The position numbers were made by a program, and so were the translations under genes. A DNA stretch of 64,000 bases from a virus (taxonomy: Duplodnaviria; Caudoviricetes), in the IMG/VR virus record IMGVR_UViG_2865859272_000007, positions 1-64,000 of that record; one strand, given 5' to 3'. The notes beneath the pieces were generated by a model. That model did no database searches. It was not told where the DNA came from and was given only the letters and a program-made list of their open reading frames with translations. Positions 53,717-63,771 of this stretch are shown here, one piece after another (the first letter of the stretch is position 1; each line of letters starts with the position of its first letter).

Positions 53717-53985
53717 CGCTCGCTCTGGGATACCCCAGCGTTGAAGACATGCTGGACGCGATGTCCTCGGCTGAATACACGCAGTGGCGCGGTTTCGAAA
53801 GAGCCTACGGTCCGATCGATCGGCGCTACAGCGACGAAGCTCTCGCCAATATTCATGAGCAGCTACAGGCCATCACCTACCTCATCGGTGCTCAGCTGAC
53901 CAGCCAGAAAAAGGGCGCCAAGAACCCGGTTCCCCAGCCCAAGCACTTCCCTCGACCCCATGAGGTCGGCAAGCACCACGACTGA
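53674..53985 (+). CDS. Tail assembly chaperone T portion via probable -1 frameshift
   Basis: G GAT TTC at 53674-53680; the -1 frame is open through LALALGYPSVEDMLDAMSSAEY..W. Confidence 0.65.
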   Translation, partial: GFRRNPERGFQRRLALALGYPSVEDMLDAMSSAEYTQWRGFERAYGPIDRRYSDEALANIHEQLQAITYLIGAQLTSQKKGAKNPVPQPKHFPRPHEVGKHHD

Positions 53986-54002
53986 GGAAGGGGGCGGCTG
54001 GG

Positions 54003-57000
54003 GTGCCGGTTACGAATCTCGGCTTCAATATCGTCAGTGCCTACAATGGCCGCGGCGTCCGGCAGGCGCAGCGCGACATCCGGTCGCTCAACTCTCAGAT
54101 CATCCGCGTCTCCAACATCACTCAGGGCGTCTCCACGATCGGAATCGGCGCTCTCCGCGGAGTCGCGGTGGCCACCGCCCCGGCGCTGCTGACTCTTACT
54201 CGCGCTGCGACGTCTTCGGTGGCCTCGATCACCGCGATGGGCGTAGCGGCGGGTTCGGTTGGTGGCATTTTCGCCGGCGCCATGACTGGCGCGATCAAGC
54301 GCACTATCGAGATGCGGGATTCTACCGGAGCCCTGCGCGGCGAGGTCGATAAGGCAAAGGCAGCCCTGGACAAGGAGAAGGCGGCACTCGCCGGCCTCAA
54401 GCCCGGTAGCCAGGCGTACAAGAACCAGCTTGATCGGATCAAGGAAGCGCAGGCTGCTGTCACCGAGGCGCAGAACGAGTACAACGCGTCCTTGAAGAGG
54501 ATGACTCCCTCTCAGAACGCGTTTCTGAAGAGCCTTGACCTGACAACTACTGCTTGGAACAAGTTCATTGTTGCCACGCAGGACAAAACGTTGACGGTGG
54601 CCAGCCAGACCCTGACCGGTGTGGCTGGGGCGATCGGCAAGATGAAGCCGGTTGTGGACGCGATTTTCCCAGCGGTTCAGCGGGTGAGTCAGGCATTTCA
54701 GAAGTGGGCCACCGGCTCCGGTATGGACCGGTTCATTCAGGTGCTCCTCGATAGAGGGGTTCCCGCGCTGGACGCTCTTCTTCGTGCAGGCCGGTCGGTG
54801 ATGACCGTGCTCGGCGCGGGTTTCCGCGCATTCGCTCCTCTTGGCGCGAGCATGGCGAACAGCATCATGCGTGGCGCTGCGGCCATGGCGGCCTGGGCTC
54901 AGGACGGCGGGTTCCTTCGCTTCATCGAGCGGGTGCGGCAGGACGCGCCTCAGGTCCGCGAGTTCCTGCGGGCCTTGAGGGACGGGCTCTCGCAGCTCCT
55001 CCAGGCGATCAGGGAGCTCGGACCGCTGGCGCTCGGGCTGTCGACGGCGCTCTTGCGGATCATCGCGTCCACGCCGATCCCCGTCCTTCAGGCGATCATC
55101 CTGTCCTATACGGCATGGAAGACCGCCCTGCTGGGACTGATCGTCGTCAAGGGTCTGTTCATCGGCGTGATGGGCTTGGCGCGGGCCGCGGTCTTCGCCT
55201 ACAGCCTCGCGCAGATCCTCCTGACCGGAAGCACAAGGCTGCTCGGCGCCTCGACAATGGCGCTGAGCGTGCAGCTCCTCGTCATGCAGGCCCGCATGCT
55301 GATCATCGCGGCAGCGACCAAGGTGTGGGCAGCAGCGCAGTGGCTCCTGAACATCGCCATGCGCGCGAATCCCATCATCTTGATCGTCTCCCTGATTGCC
55401 ACACTGGTCGCGGGCATCATCTGGGTCGCCACCCAGACACGCTTCTTCCAGACCGTGTGGAGCGCGGTATGGAACACCGTGAAGGCCGTAGCGGACTTCA
55501 TCTGGAGCGCCCTTCAGTTCGGATTCCGCGCGATGGTGACGTTCTTCGTCATCGTTTGGCAGACCGTCTCAGGCGCCCTGGTCGCTGCATGGAACGTGGT
55601 CTGGAACCTCATGCGGGTGGCCGCCCAGGTCGTCTGGACCGTCCTCCAGGCGGCGTGGAACGTCTTCATCAACACGCTCCTCACGATCTGGAACGCGGTT
55701 TCAACCGCTCTTGCGGCGGCCTGGAACGCGGTTTGGAACGGCATCCGAGTAGCTGCACAAGCGATCTGGACCGTCCTCCAGGCGGCCTGGAACATCTTCA
55801 TCAACACGCTCCTCACGATCTGGAATGTGGTTTCCACGGCCCTTGTCACGGCCTGGAACTTCGTCTGGAACGTCATAAGTACGGCCGCACAGGGGATCTG
55901 GACCATCCTTCAGGCGGCGTGGAACGTCTTCATCAACACGCTGCTGACCATTTGGAACACGGTCTCCGCTGCCCTTCGAGCGGCATGGGACCTCGTCTGG
56001 ACCGGGATCCAGACCGCAGCAGAGACGGTGTGGAACTTCCTCACCGCGGCGTGGGAAACCTTCACCAACACGCTGCAATCGATCTGGGACGGCTTCAAAG
56101 ACGGGTTCATGTCCGCCATCGAAGCTGTCTGGAAAAGCATCCGGTCCACGGCCGAGTCGGTCTGGCGCAGCATCGGTGAGGTCATCGAGGGCGCCATCAA
56201 CGGCATCATCGGGATCATCAACCGGATCATCGGTGCTTGGAACAGGATCACGGGCGCTGTCGGGCTCGATTCGCTCAACATTCCGACGATCCCCACCGTC
56301 AGCATCAACTTCGCGTACGGCGGAATCGTTGGGGAGGCCCCCGGGTTCGCCAAGGGCGGCACCGTCGCAATGCACCGCAGGGGCGGTGTCCTCCCTGGGT
56401 ATTCGCCCGGTCGGGACACCGTTCCGGCCATGCTCAGCCGCGGCGAGGGCGTCCTCGTGCCGGAAGCGGTCCGCGGCCTGGGGCCGAACTTCGTCCACTG
56501 GGCGAACCGGCACTTCTCCAGGGGCCGGGCCGGTAAGAACGTGGCCTACCCGGGCTACGCCGTCGGCGGGATCGCCGGCATCGAGGCGTGGCAGCGGGTC
56601 GGCGGCGACGTCGGCTGGGCCTTCCTTCAGGGCGGCGGTGTCGTCACGGGCGACGACGACACCCCGCGGCCGAACATCGGCCAGGGGGCGTTCTTCAGCA
56701 GCGACCCCAACCGCAGGGAGCGCAGCCCCAGCTTCGGTGGCGTTGCCGGTATCGGCAGTCCCGAAGCGCCGGAAGGGCCGATCAGCGGGTTCGTCACGAA
56801 CGTGTTGGGATTCCTTGGGGAAGCGGCGATTCGTGCCGCGTTCAGCTTTGCGACCCGTCTGCTCGACGGCTTCAGCATGGCCGGCAACTTCGGGAAGATC
56901 CTCGTCGCGGGCACCAAGAAGATCCTCAACGCCATGATCGACGATCTGATTCGGCGGGACTCCGAGGCCAAGGCCGAGTTCGAGTCGATGGCGGTCGCGG

Positions 57001-59213
57001 GGAATCCCGGCTCCGTCTCGGCGTGGTCTGGCCTCGCGGCCCAGGCCCTCGCTAGGGCCGGCCTCGCCCCTGGCCAGCTTCCCCGGTTCCTCGCCCTGAT
57101 GGCTGCGGAGTCCGGCGGTAACCCGAACGCGATCAACAACTGGGACATCAACGCCCGCAACGGCGTCCCGTCCCAGGGCTTGATGCAGGTGATTCCGCCG
57201 ACGTTCGCCGCCTATCGGGACCCTTCCCTGTCTAATAACATCTTGGATCCCCTCGCCAACATGACCGCGGCTGCCCGCTACATCAGGTCGCGGTACGGCG
57301 GCCAGGTGCCCGGTTCTCCGTACGCCAACGGGACTCCGGGTGCGACCAGGGGGCCGCATCTCGTGGGTGAGAACGGTCCCGAGATGGTGAACTTCCGGGG
57401 CGGGGAGACGGTGATGTCCGCCGTCGATACCCGAAGGGCTCTTGGCAGCACGCGCGTCGGGGGAGGTGCGGCGGCTGGGGGTTCGGGCAGTATCGAGGAT
57501 CTCCTCGCGATGTTCCCGGAGATCCAGAAGCACGTCGAAGACCTTGTGCCGCAGTGGCACGAGGCGATGCGTGCACGCACGGCCGAGACCTGGGCCGCGA
57601 TGTCGGCGCAGCAGATCACGTCCTGGGAGGGGATGAAGGCATCCGTCTTCTTCCCGTTCCGCGATGAGATGACCGTGCAGATGCCTCTCCACCTGGAGGC
57701 CATGCGTCTGGCCAACTTCACCAAGTGGACCCAGATGGGCGCCGACAGCCTGGCCCAGTGGGAGCTGATGCGCACCGGGGTGTTCGTGCCGGCCATGGAT
57801 CACATGACGGTGCAGATGCCGACGTGGGCTGCGCAGATGCAGGCGGCTGTCTCGGCGGCCTTCGCCGGCATGCTGGAGTCCGTCCAGGGCTCTTGGGCCG
57901 GCATGCAGGAGGCCACCCGCGGGCCGGTCAACTGGATCATCAGCAACAGCTACGGCAACGGCATCCGCCGGCTGTGGAACGAGGTCGCCGCGGTCATCTT
58001 CGACGGCGGTGGGCGCACGCTCCCGGCCGTGTCCACCCTCGCCACGGGTGGCCGGGTCGCCGGGCGCGGCACACGCACCTCTGACTCCAACCTCGCTCTT
58101 CTCTCCCGAGGGGAGCATGTGTGGAGCGCCAGGGAGGTTGCCGCGGCGGGTGGCCACCATGCAGTCGAGGCGCTTCGTGCCCGTGCTCGTGGCGGGCATC
58201 TGCCGGGCCTCGCGCTCGGCGGCTGGCTCACGAACGCCGGCGCGGTCTCGGGCAGCAGTCCGGCCGGCGTCCCGGTCAGCACCCCGCTGGTCCGGGGCTG
58301 GCTCGGCGACGACGTCATTCCGGTCCTGGAGAACATCGACGCCGCGGCCCGGAACGCCTTGGGCGGCTCCGCCTTCCGGCGCCTGGCCGCTCTCGGAGAC
58401 GTCCTTCGACCGGTCGACTGGATGAAGCAGTACATCGAGCTCGACGACGAGCTGAACCGGGTGTTCATCGGCACGGGCCCTCCGTGGGTTCCGGGCGTCT
58501 CCGATGTCCGGACCAGCTGGGGCGGCGTGGCGGTGAACCAGCGTACGGCGCAGATGCTGAACATGGCTCTCGCGCTCGGCGCCAGTTTCAGCGCGACGCA
58601 GGGCTCGTGGAGCACCAGCGTTGCGGCGTCGGCCGGCACGCATGCCGGCGGCGGTGTCGTGGACCTGGTCCCGGCGAACAACACCAACGTCGCCGCGCTG
58701 CGGGCGGTCGGGTTCGCTGCATGGAACCGCGGTGCGGCGTGGGGCTCCCCCTCGTTCGCCCCGCACATCCATGCGGTCGCGATCGGCGACCCGACGGCAT
58801 CCCCTGCGGCCCAGGCCCAGGTGGCGTCGTTCTTCGCCGGCGGCAACGGCTTGGCCAACGGCGGCCCGGACAACTTCGCCGGCGGGCTCTCGTTCGCTGG
58901 TCTGGCCAGCGGCGAGAAGCCGACCGGCCAGTTGCTGGCGCTGATCGAGCAGATGCGCGGGCCTGGCACGCCGGTCGATCCGGCGGACATCGACCAGTTC
59001 CGTCCGATCTCGTTCGACAGCGGGGGCATGCTGGAGCCGGGCTACACCCTGGCCTACAACGGCACCGGCAAGCCGGAACCCGTTGGTGAAACGGGCAAGG
59101 AGGTGCACATCCACATCCACGGAAATGTGTACACGAAATCGGCTGCCGAGTTCGAGGACATGCTCGCTGGTGCGATGCAGAACCTCAAGCGTAAGAACCG
59201 CTTGCCGCGATGA
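54003..59213 (+). CDS. Tape measure protein with SLT transglycosylase and a putative Zn-peptidase domain
   Basis: Trp-periodic repeats; ESGGNPNAINNWD.N...SQGLMQV; GTHAGGGVVD...HIH; D.GG.L.PG C-terminus. Confidence 0.92.
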   Translation: MPVTNLGFNIVSAYNGRGVRQAQRDIRSLNSQIIRVSNITQGVSTIGIGALRGVAVATAPALLTLTRAATSSVASITAMGVAAGSVGGIFAGAMTGAIKRTIEMRDSTGALRGEVDKAKAALDKEKAALAGLKPGSQAYKNQLDRIKEAQAAVTEAQNEYNASLKRMTPSQNAFLKSLDLTTTAWNKFIVATQDKTLTVASQTLTGVAGAIGKMKPVVDAIFPAVQRVSQAFQKWATGSGMDRFIQVLLDRGVPALDALLRAGRSVMTVLGAGFRAFAPLGASMANSIMRGAAAMAAWAQDGGFLRFIERVRQDAPQVREFLRALRDGLSQLLQAIRELGPLALGLSTALLRIIASTPIPVLQAIILSYTAWKTALLGLIVVKGLFIGVMGLARAAVFAYSLAQILLTGSTRLLGASTMALSVQLLVMQARMLIIAAATKVWAAAQWLLNIAMRANPIILIVSLIATLVAGIIWVATQTRFFQTVWSAVWNTVKAVADFIWSALQFGFRAMVTFFVIVWQTVSGALVAAWNVVWNLMRVAAQVVWTVLQAAWNVFINTLLTIWNAVSTALAAAWNAVWNGIRVAAQAIWTVLQAAWNIFINTLLTIWNVVSTALVTAWNFVWNVISTAAQGIWTILQAAWNVFINTLLTIWNTVSAALRAAWDLVWTGIQTAAETVWNFLTAAWETFTNTLQSIWDGFKDGFMSAIEAVWKSIRSTAESVWRSIGEVIEGAINGIIGIINRIIGAWNRITGAVGLDSLNIPTIPTVSINFAYGGIVGEAPGFAKGGTVAMHRRGGVLPGYSPGRDTVPAMLSRGEGVLVPEAVRGLGPNFVHWANRHFSRGRAGKNVAYPGYAVGGIAGIEAWQRVGGDVGWAFLQGGGVVTGDDDTPRPNIGQGAFFSSDPNRRERSPSFGGVAGIGSPEAPEGPISGFVTNVLGFLGEAAIRAAFSFATRLLDGFSMAGNFGKILVAGTKKILNAMIDDLIRRDSEAKAEFESMAVAGNPGSVSAWSGLAAQALARAGLAPGQLPRFLALMAAESGGNPNAINNWDINARNGVPSQGLMQVIPPTFAAYRDPSLSNNILDPLANMTAAARYIRSRYGGQVPGSPYANGTPGATRGPHLVGENGPEMVNFRGGETVMSAVDTRRALGSTRVGGGAAAGGSGSIEDLLAMFPEIQKHVEDLVPQWHEAMRARTAETWAAMSAQQITSWEGMKASVFFPFRDEMTVQMPLHLEAMRLANFTKWTQMGADSLAQWELMRTGVFVPAMDHMTVQMPTWAAQMQAAVSAAFAGMLESVQGSWAGMQEATRGPVNWIISNSYGNGIRRLWNEVAAVIFDGGGRTLPAVSTLATGGRVAGRGTRTSDSNLALLSRGEHVWSAREVAAAGGHHAVEALRARARGGHLPGLALGGWLTNAGAVSGSSPAGVPVSTPLVRGWLGDDVIPVLENIDAAARNALGGSAFRRLAALGDVLRPVDWMKQYIELDDELNRVFIGTGPPWVPGVSDVRTSWGGVAVNQRTAQMLNMALALGASFSATQGSWSTSVAASAGTHAGGGVVDLVPANNTNVAALRAVGFAAWNRGAAWGSPSFAPHIHAVAIGDPTASPAAQAQVASFFAGGNGLANGGPDNFAGGLSFAGLASGEKPTGQLLALIEQMRGPGTPVDPADIDQFRPISFDSGGMLEPGYTLAYNGTGKPEPVGETGKEVHIHIHGNVYTKSAAEFEDMLAGAMQNLKRKNRLPR

Positions 59214-59231
59214 GGCGAAGGGAGCTTCCTG

Positions 59232-62200
59232 ATGAGCATCACCCAGGTAGGAAGCTCCACCAGCGGGGTTGAGCCGGCTAGTACATCGGTTAGCGCTGAC
59301 AGGCCGACCGGAGTACAGGAAGGTAACATCCTGATCGCGACCTTCCAGGCTAATGATCAGGATGCTACCTTCCCGTCCGGGTTTACAGAGTTTGTAGACG
59401 AGCTGACCGGGGTTTTCAGGCTCCAGATGGCCTGGAAGAAGGCGACATCTTCGGAGCCGTCGAGTTACTCGGTTTCGGTGGGCGCTTCAGCGCCCCTGGT
59501 TTTGAGTATTCAGGCGTGGGCCGGGGCCGATGCGGTAAGCCCCACCTATGCGGCGAGCCGGGCCGTTGCCTCGGATGCCACAGACCAGTCTGAGCCGTTC
59601 AGTACTCCGACGATCACCAACAACAACGTCGGCCGTGGCCGGAAGCTGTACCTTCGGGCCTGCCGGTCGACGAGCTCTATCATCACGTACACCACGGCTG
59701 TGTCCGGTGTCACAGAGGTCGAAGACGTCGGTGTCTTCTCCGGCGGCACCGTTCGCTACTCCCACGGGCTGTACAAGGACAACAACGACCTGGACCACGA
59801 TGCCCGCGGCAGCCAGTCCGGGATCGGTATCACCGCGAGTGATACCGAAACCAACAACATCGTTGTCACCTACATCCTGACGTCGCAGATCAACGCCGGG
59901 CACGCCGCGGTCACAGCGACGGGCAACGCGCCCCGTGCAGGCGTCGGGGCAAAGGCCACCGCCGCTACGGCTACCGCCACGGCGAACGACGCCCTGGTCG
60001 TCACGGAGACCGTCGAGGCGCCCGCTGAGCCTGGGGCTGTCGCCGCTACCGCCAACGATGCGACCGCGGGGCTGGTCGAGTTCCCCCGGACCGCCTCCTA
60101 CCAGATCTTCATCGACTGGGACAACGACGGAGGGCTCCAGCTCGGGGAGTTCGAGGCGACAACCGAAGGGTGGATCGGCTTCGGGAGCATCGCGCCGACG
60201 CTGACGGTCTCCGACACCCGGGCGAAGTCCGGGAACAAGTCGCTGCGCATCGACTTCCGAACCTTCAACCCGTTCCAGTTCGGTGTGGCCGGCTCCGGCT
60301 TCGACCAGGGCGGCTTCGGCGGGGACCAGTTCGACCCCCCGGAACTGCCGATCAAGTTCGACCAGGCCGGGCAGGGCTTCGACGACGGGCGGTTCGCCGC
60401 GTTCAAGGACCAGACGGCCCCCGACCCGGCCGAGCCCGCCTTCCAGTCACCCGGCATCGAGCGGCCCTTCACCGGTTTGTTCGTGGGGCGCGTCTACGAA
60501 CTGGTGGCGTGGGTGTTCGTGCCCACCGGCAGCCCCGCGGTCCGCGTGGGCGTTCGCGGCATCGGCACGTCCGCCGCCTCCTCAACGAATGACGCCTGGG
60601 AGCGGCTGTCGTTCAGCTTCGCCGCCACCTCCACGGACCACGTCCTGGAGCTGACGACCGACGAGGACAACCCCGCCTCCGCCCCTGTCTGGGCGGACCT
60701 GTTCCAGGTTCTCGGCCCCGGAGAGGACGTATCGCACCGCGTGCTCGGTCTGCGGCAGGCGCTCGCCTTCTCGGCAGGCCGGGACACCGCGCGCTCCCTC
60801 GCGGCCATCAAGCCCGGGGAAACCCGCATGGTCTTGGACAACGAGTCGGGCGACTACTCTCCGGACAATCCCGGGTCGCTGCTGGCGAGCTTCCTTGGCC
60901 CCGGCCGGCCGGTACTGATCCGCGCGGAGCACGGGAACCGGATCTACAACCTGTTCCGCGGCTACCTGGACAGCTACGACCTGTCCCCGAACCCGGACAG
61001 CCGCAGCGTCGAGCTCGGTGCCCTGGACCTCCTGGGTGTCCTCGCGGACGCCGAGATGTCCACCCAGCTCTACTCCTCGCTGCGCACGGGAGCCGCGGTC
61101 AATGCCCTCCTGGACGAGATCGGCTGGCCCTCGTCGCTACGCGACATCGACCCGGGAGCCACGACCATCCAGTGGTGGTGGGAAGAGGGCACGACCGGGC
61201 TGGAGGCCCTCGCGAAGATCGTGGACTCCGAAGGCCCGCCGGCTATCGCGTACGTGGACACGTCCGGGAACCTCGTGTTTCGGGACCGGCACCACAGGAT
61301 GACGCGGGCCGAGTCCACGGCCATCCAGGCGACGATCAGGGACGGCCACGAAGAGCCGATGTTCTCGCCGCCGCTGAACTACGACATCGGATGGCGCGAC
61401 CTGATCAACGACGTGGTCATCGACGTGACGGAACGCCGCCCGGATGTGGAGCAGCGGGTCTGGTCGACGCAGGACCGCTTCGTGATCGAGCCGGGAGGGA
61501 CTCGGGAGTTCATCGTCAAGCCATCGGATCCCTTCCTCAACGCGCAGGTTCCGGTGGGGCAGGCGTTCAACGTGGACGGTTACGAGGTCGAGCCTGATTT
61601 CGTGATCGAATCTGGTTCTGTCGGTGAGGTCACTCTGTCCCGTACATCGGGCCAGTCCACGAAGATCATCGTCAAGTCTGACTCGGGTGTACCGACGGTT
61701 ATCCAGGGGATGGCTCTCCGGGCTTCTCCGGTGACGGTCCACCTGGAGCAGCAGGTGCGCAGGGCCGACACCGACTCTCAGGCGCAGCACGGCGTGAAGT
61801 CGCTCCAGGAGGAGGCGCCGTGGGTGACGGTGAACGACGCTGAGGCGATCTCCGAACTGATCATTGGGAACCGCTCACAGCGGCTTCCGGTCGTCCAGAT
61901 CAGGATCACCAACGGAAACGCCCAGCGGATGGCGCACATCCTTCAAAGGCGCCTGTCTGACCGCATCCACATTGTGGAGATGCTCCAGTCGTTCATGGAC
62001 CACGACTTCTTCATTGAGCAGATCTCTCACGAGATCGCCCAAGTCGGCTATGACCACAGCGTGGTTCTCGGTTGTGAGCGGGCCCGCGAGCAGGTGTTCA
62101 AGGCAACGGAGGATGAGACGGAGCCGCCGCCGGCCTTCATGTTCGATGTCGACGGCCAGGGGTTCGACGATGGCTATTTCGAGCCCGGCGACGGCTTCCA

Positions 62201-62264
62201 GCTCGCGGAGACCGTGTTCAAGCTGGGCTCCTCGCAGCTGGACGTAGACGGACTGGGCTACTAG
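59232..62264 (+). CDS. Large minor tail/baseplate protein
   Basis: Follows TMP; G.A...L.N..G.YSP; FD..G.GFD.G.F repeats. Confidence 0.75.
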   Translation: MSITQVGSSTSGVEPASTSVSADRPTGVQEGNILIATFQANDQDATFPSGFTEFVDELTGVFRLQMAWKKATSSEPSSYSVSVGASAPLVLSIQAWAGADAVSPTYAASRAVASDATDQSEPFSTPTITNNNVGRGRKLYLRACRSTSSIITYTTAVSGVTEVEDVGVFSGGTVRYSHGLYKDNNDLDHDARGSQSGIGITASDTETNNIVVTYILTSQINAGHAAVTATGNAPRAGVGAKATAATATATANDALVVTETVEAPAEPGAVAATANDATAGLVEFPRTASYQIFIDWDNDGGLQLGEFEATTEGWIGFGSIAPTLTVSDTRAKSGNKSLRIDFRTFNPFQFGVAGSGFDQGGFGGDQFDPPELPIKFDQAGQGFDDGRFAAFKDQTAPDPAEPAFQSPGIERPFTGLFVGRVYELVAWVFVPTGSPAVRVGVRGIGTSAASSTNDAWERLSFSFAATSTDHVLELTTDEDNPASAPVWADLFQVLGPGEDVSHRVLGLRQALAFSAGRDTARSLAAIKPGETRMVLDNESGDYSPDNPGSLLASFLGPGRPVLIRAEHGNRIYNLFRGYLDSYDLSPNPDSRSVELGALDLLGVLADAEMSTQLYSSLRTGAAVNALLDEIGWPSSLRDIDPGATTIQWWWEEGTTGLEALAKIVDSEGPPAIAYVDTSGNLVFRDRHHRMTRAESTAIQATIRDGHEEPMFSPPLNYDIGWRDLINDVVIDVTERRPDVEQRVWSTQDRFVIEPGGTREFIVKPSDPFLNAQVPVGQAFNVDGYEVEPDFVIESGSVGEVTLSRTSGQSTKIIVKSDSGVPTVIQGMALRASPVTVHLEQQVRRADTDSQAQHGVKSLQEEAPWVTVNDAEAISELIIGNRSQRLPVVQIRITNGNAQRMAHILQRRLSDRIHIVEMLQSFMDHDFFIEQISHEIAQVGYDHSVVLGCERAREQVFKATEDETEPPPAFMFDVDGQGFDDGYFEPGDGFQLAETVFKLGSSQLDVDGLGY

Positions 62265-62354
62265 AGGGCCTCGGCCCAAGGATCCCGGCGCCCCTGCCTG
62301 ATCAGAAGGCGGGGGCCGGGGTCTTTCCATGTCCTCAATCAGGGAGGAACCCGC

Positions 62355-62672
62355 ATGCATTTGATCACAGGCAGGGCTCGGGCACGTATGTACTGGGGCA
62401 ACTGGATCGCCGATTGTCCCGGCAACTGCGGGTGCGCCCTGCGGCTCAAGCCGGCTCAGGCGTCGTTCCCTTGCCCGGAGTGCAAGCTCATCAGCGAGGT
62501 GGAGTGGCCGAGTAACGCCGACGAGATCTACCAGGTTCTGCTGAAGCGGCCGGCGCCGAGGAATCGGAACTGGTTCCCGGCCGGGCACGAGCTGGCCCTG
62601 CGTGCGGGCTGCCCGCACGGGCAGTCCGTAGCCGACCTGGAGGCGGAGACCGCAGAGCACATGGAGGGGTGA
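62355..62672 (+). CDS. Small Cys-rich tail-region protein
   Basis: WIADCP..CGCA...CPEC. Confidence 0.55.
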   Translation: MHLITGRARARMYWGNWIADCPGNCGCALRLKPAQASFPCPECKLISEVEWPSNADEIYQVLLKRPAPRNRNWFPAGHELALRAGCPHGQSVADLEAETAEHMEG

Positions 62673-62676
62673 CCCG

Positions 62677-63213
62677 ATGGCTTGGACGTCCCCCATGACG
62701 GCGGTCGCAAACGACGTCTTCACTGCCGCCCAGTTCAATACGCACGTTCGCGACAATCTGCTGGAGACCGCGCCGGCGAAGGCGACGACCGACGGCGGGA
62801 TGTTCTTCGCTACCGGGGCGAACGCCATCGCGGAGCGGGTGCCCACGACGGCGACGGTGGCGACGAGCGAGTCCACGACCAGCACCAGCTACACGGACCT
62901 GTCGACGGCCGGCCCGGCGGTGACCGTGACCACCGGCACCAGGGCGCTTGTGTTTATCAGTGCGGACGCACAGAACGACGCGGCAGGCAGCGATGCCCTG
63001 TATTCGTACGCGGTGTCCGGTAGTACTACGGTCGCCGCCGCCGACTCCTTCGGATCGTTCCTTGAGTCGTCCGGGAGCAGGCGCCACCGCTGGACGGTGG
63101 CCAGCATGCAGACCGGTCTTACGGCAGGTTCCAATACGTTCACGATGAAGTACCGGGTGTCTGCGAACACCGGCACGTTCCAGAATCGGAACATCGTCGT
63201 CGTGCCCATGTGA
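62677..63213 (+). CDS. Minor tail protein, paralog 1
   Basis: MAWTSPMTAV...QFNTHVRDNLLET. Confidence 0.75.
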   Translation: MAWTSPMTAVANDVFTAAQFNTHVRDNLLETAPAKATTDGGMFFATGANAIAERVPTTATVATSESTTSTSYTDLSTAGPAVTVTTGTRALVFISADAQNDAAGSDALYSYAVSGSTTVAAADSFGSFLESSGSRRHRWTVASMQTGLTAGSNTFTMKYRVSANTGTFQNRNIVVVPM

Positions 63214-63226
63214 GGGGTGAGTCCTC

Positions 63227-63763
63227 ATGGCATGGACCGCCCCCATGACGGCTGTGATCGGGCAACCCTGGACGGCGGCCCAATTCAACCAGCACGTCCG
63301 GGACAACCTGCTGGAGACGATGCCCGGCAAGGCCACCGCCGCAAACCGGTTGTATGTCACGAGTACGACGAAGGCCATCGCGGAGCGCGCACCCGATTCC
63401 GCGTTCCTGGCGACGGCGGCAACAACCACGTCGACGTCGTACGTCACCCTGGGAACCGGGCCGGCCGTGACGGTGACCACCGGCTCCACCGCGGTGGTGT
63501 GGTTCGGCTGCCAGCTCAAGAACAGCTTGACCAACGCGCAGGCGATGGCAGCTGTGGCGATCTCCGGTGCGACGACCCGGGACGCGGCGGACGCAGACCG
63601 GCTTCTGATGTCGGGTGTGACCGCGGACAAGGACAACCGGTTCGGGGTGTGCCGGCGCTTCACCGGGCTCAGCCCCGGCAGCCAGACGTTCACCATGCAG
63701 TACCGGGTGTCCGCAGGCACAGGCACCTTCTCCCGGCGGGAAATCGTCGTTCTGCCTTTGTGA
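63227..63763 (+). CDS. Minor tail protein, paralog 2
   Basis: MAWTAPMTAV...QFNQHVRDNLLET. Confidence 0.75.
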   Translation: MAWTAPMTAVIGQPWTAAQFNQHVRDNLLETMPGKATAANRLYVTSTTKAIAERAPDSAFLATAATTTSTSYVTLGTGPAVTVTTGSTAVVWFGCQLKNSLTNAQAMAAVAISGATTRDAADADRLLMSGVTADKDNRFGVCRRFTGLSPGSQTFTMQYRVSAGTGTFSRREIVVLPL

Positions 63764-63771
63764 GGTGACAC

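Noticed and set aside
55701-59120. Long antisense and alternative-frame ORFs (e.g. 1139 aa at 55701-59120, 637 aa at 8784-10697, 419 aa at 28122-29381)
   Set aside because: These are shadow ORFs expected from high-GC codon bias over real genes; Arg/Gly/Pro-rich with no motifs
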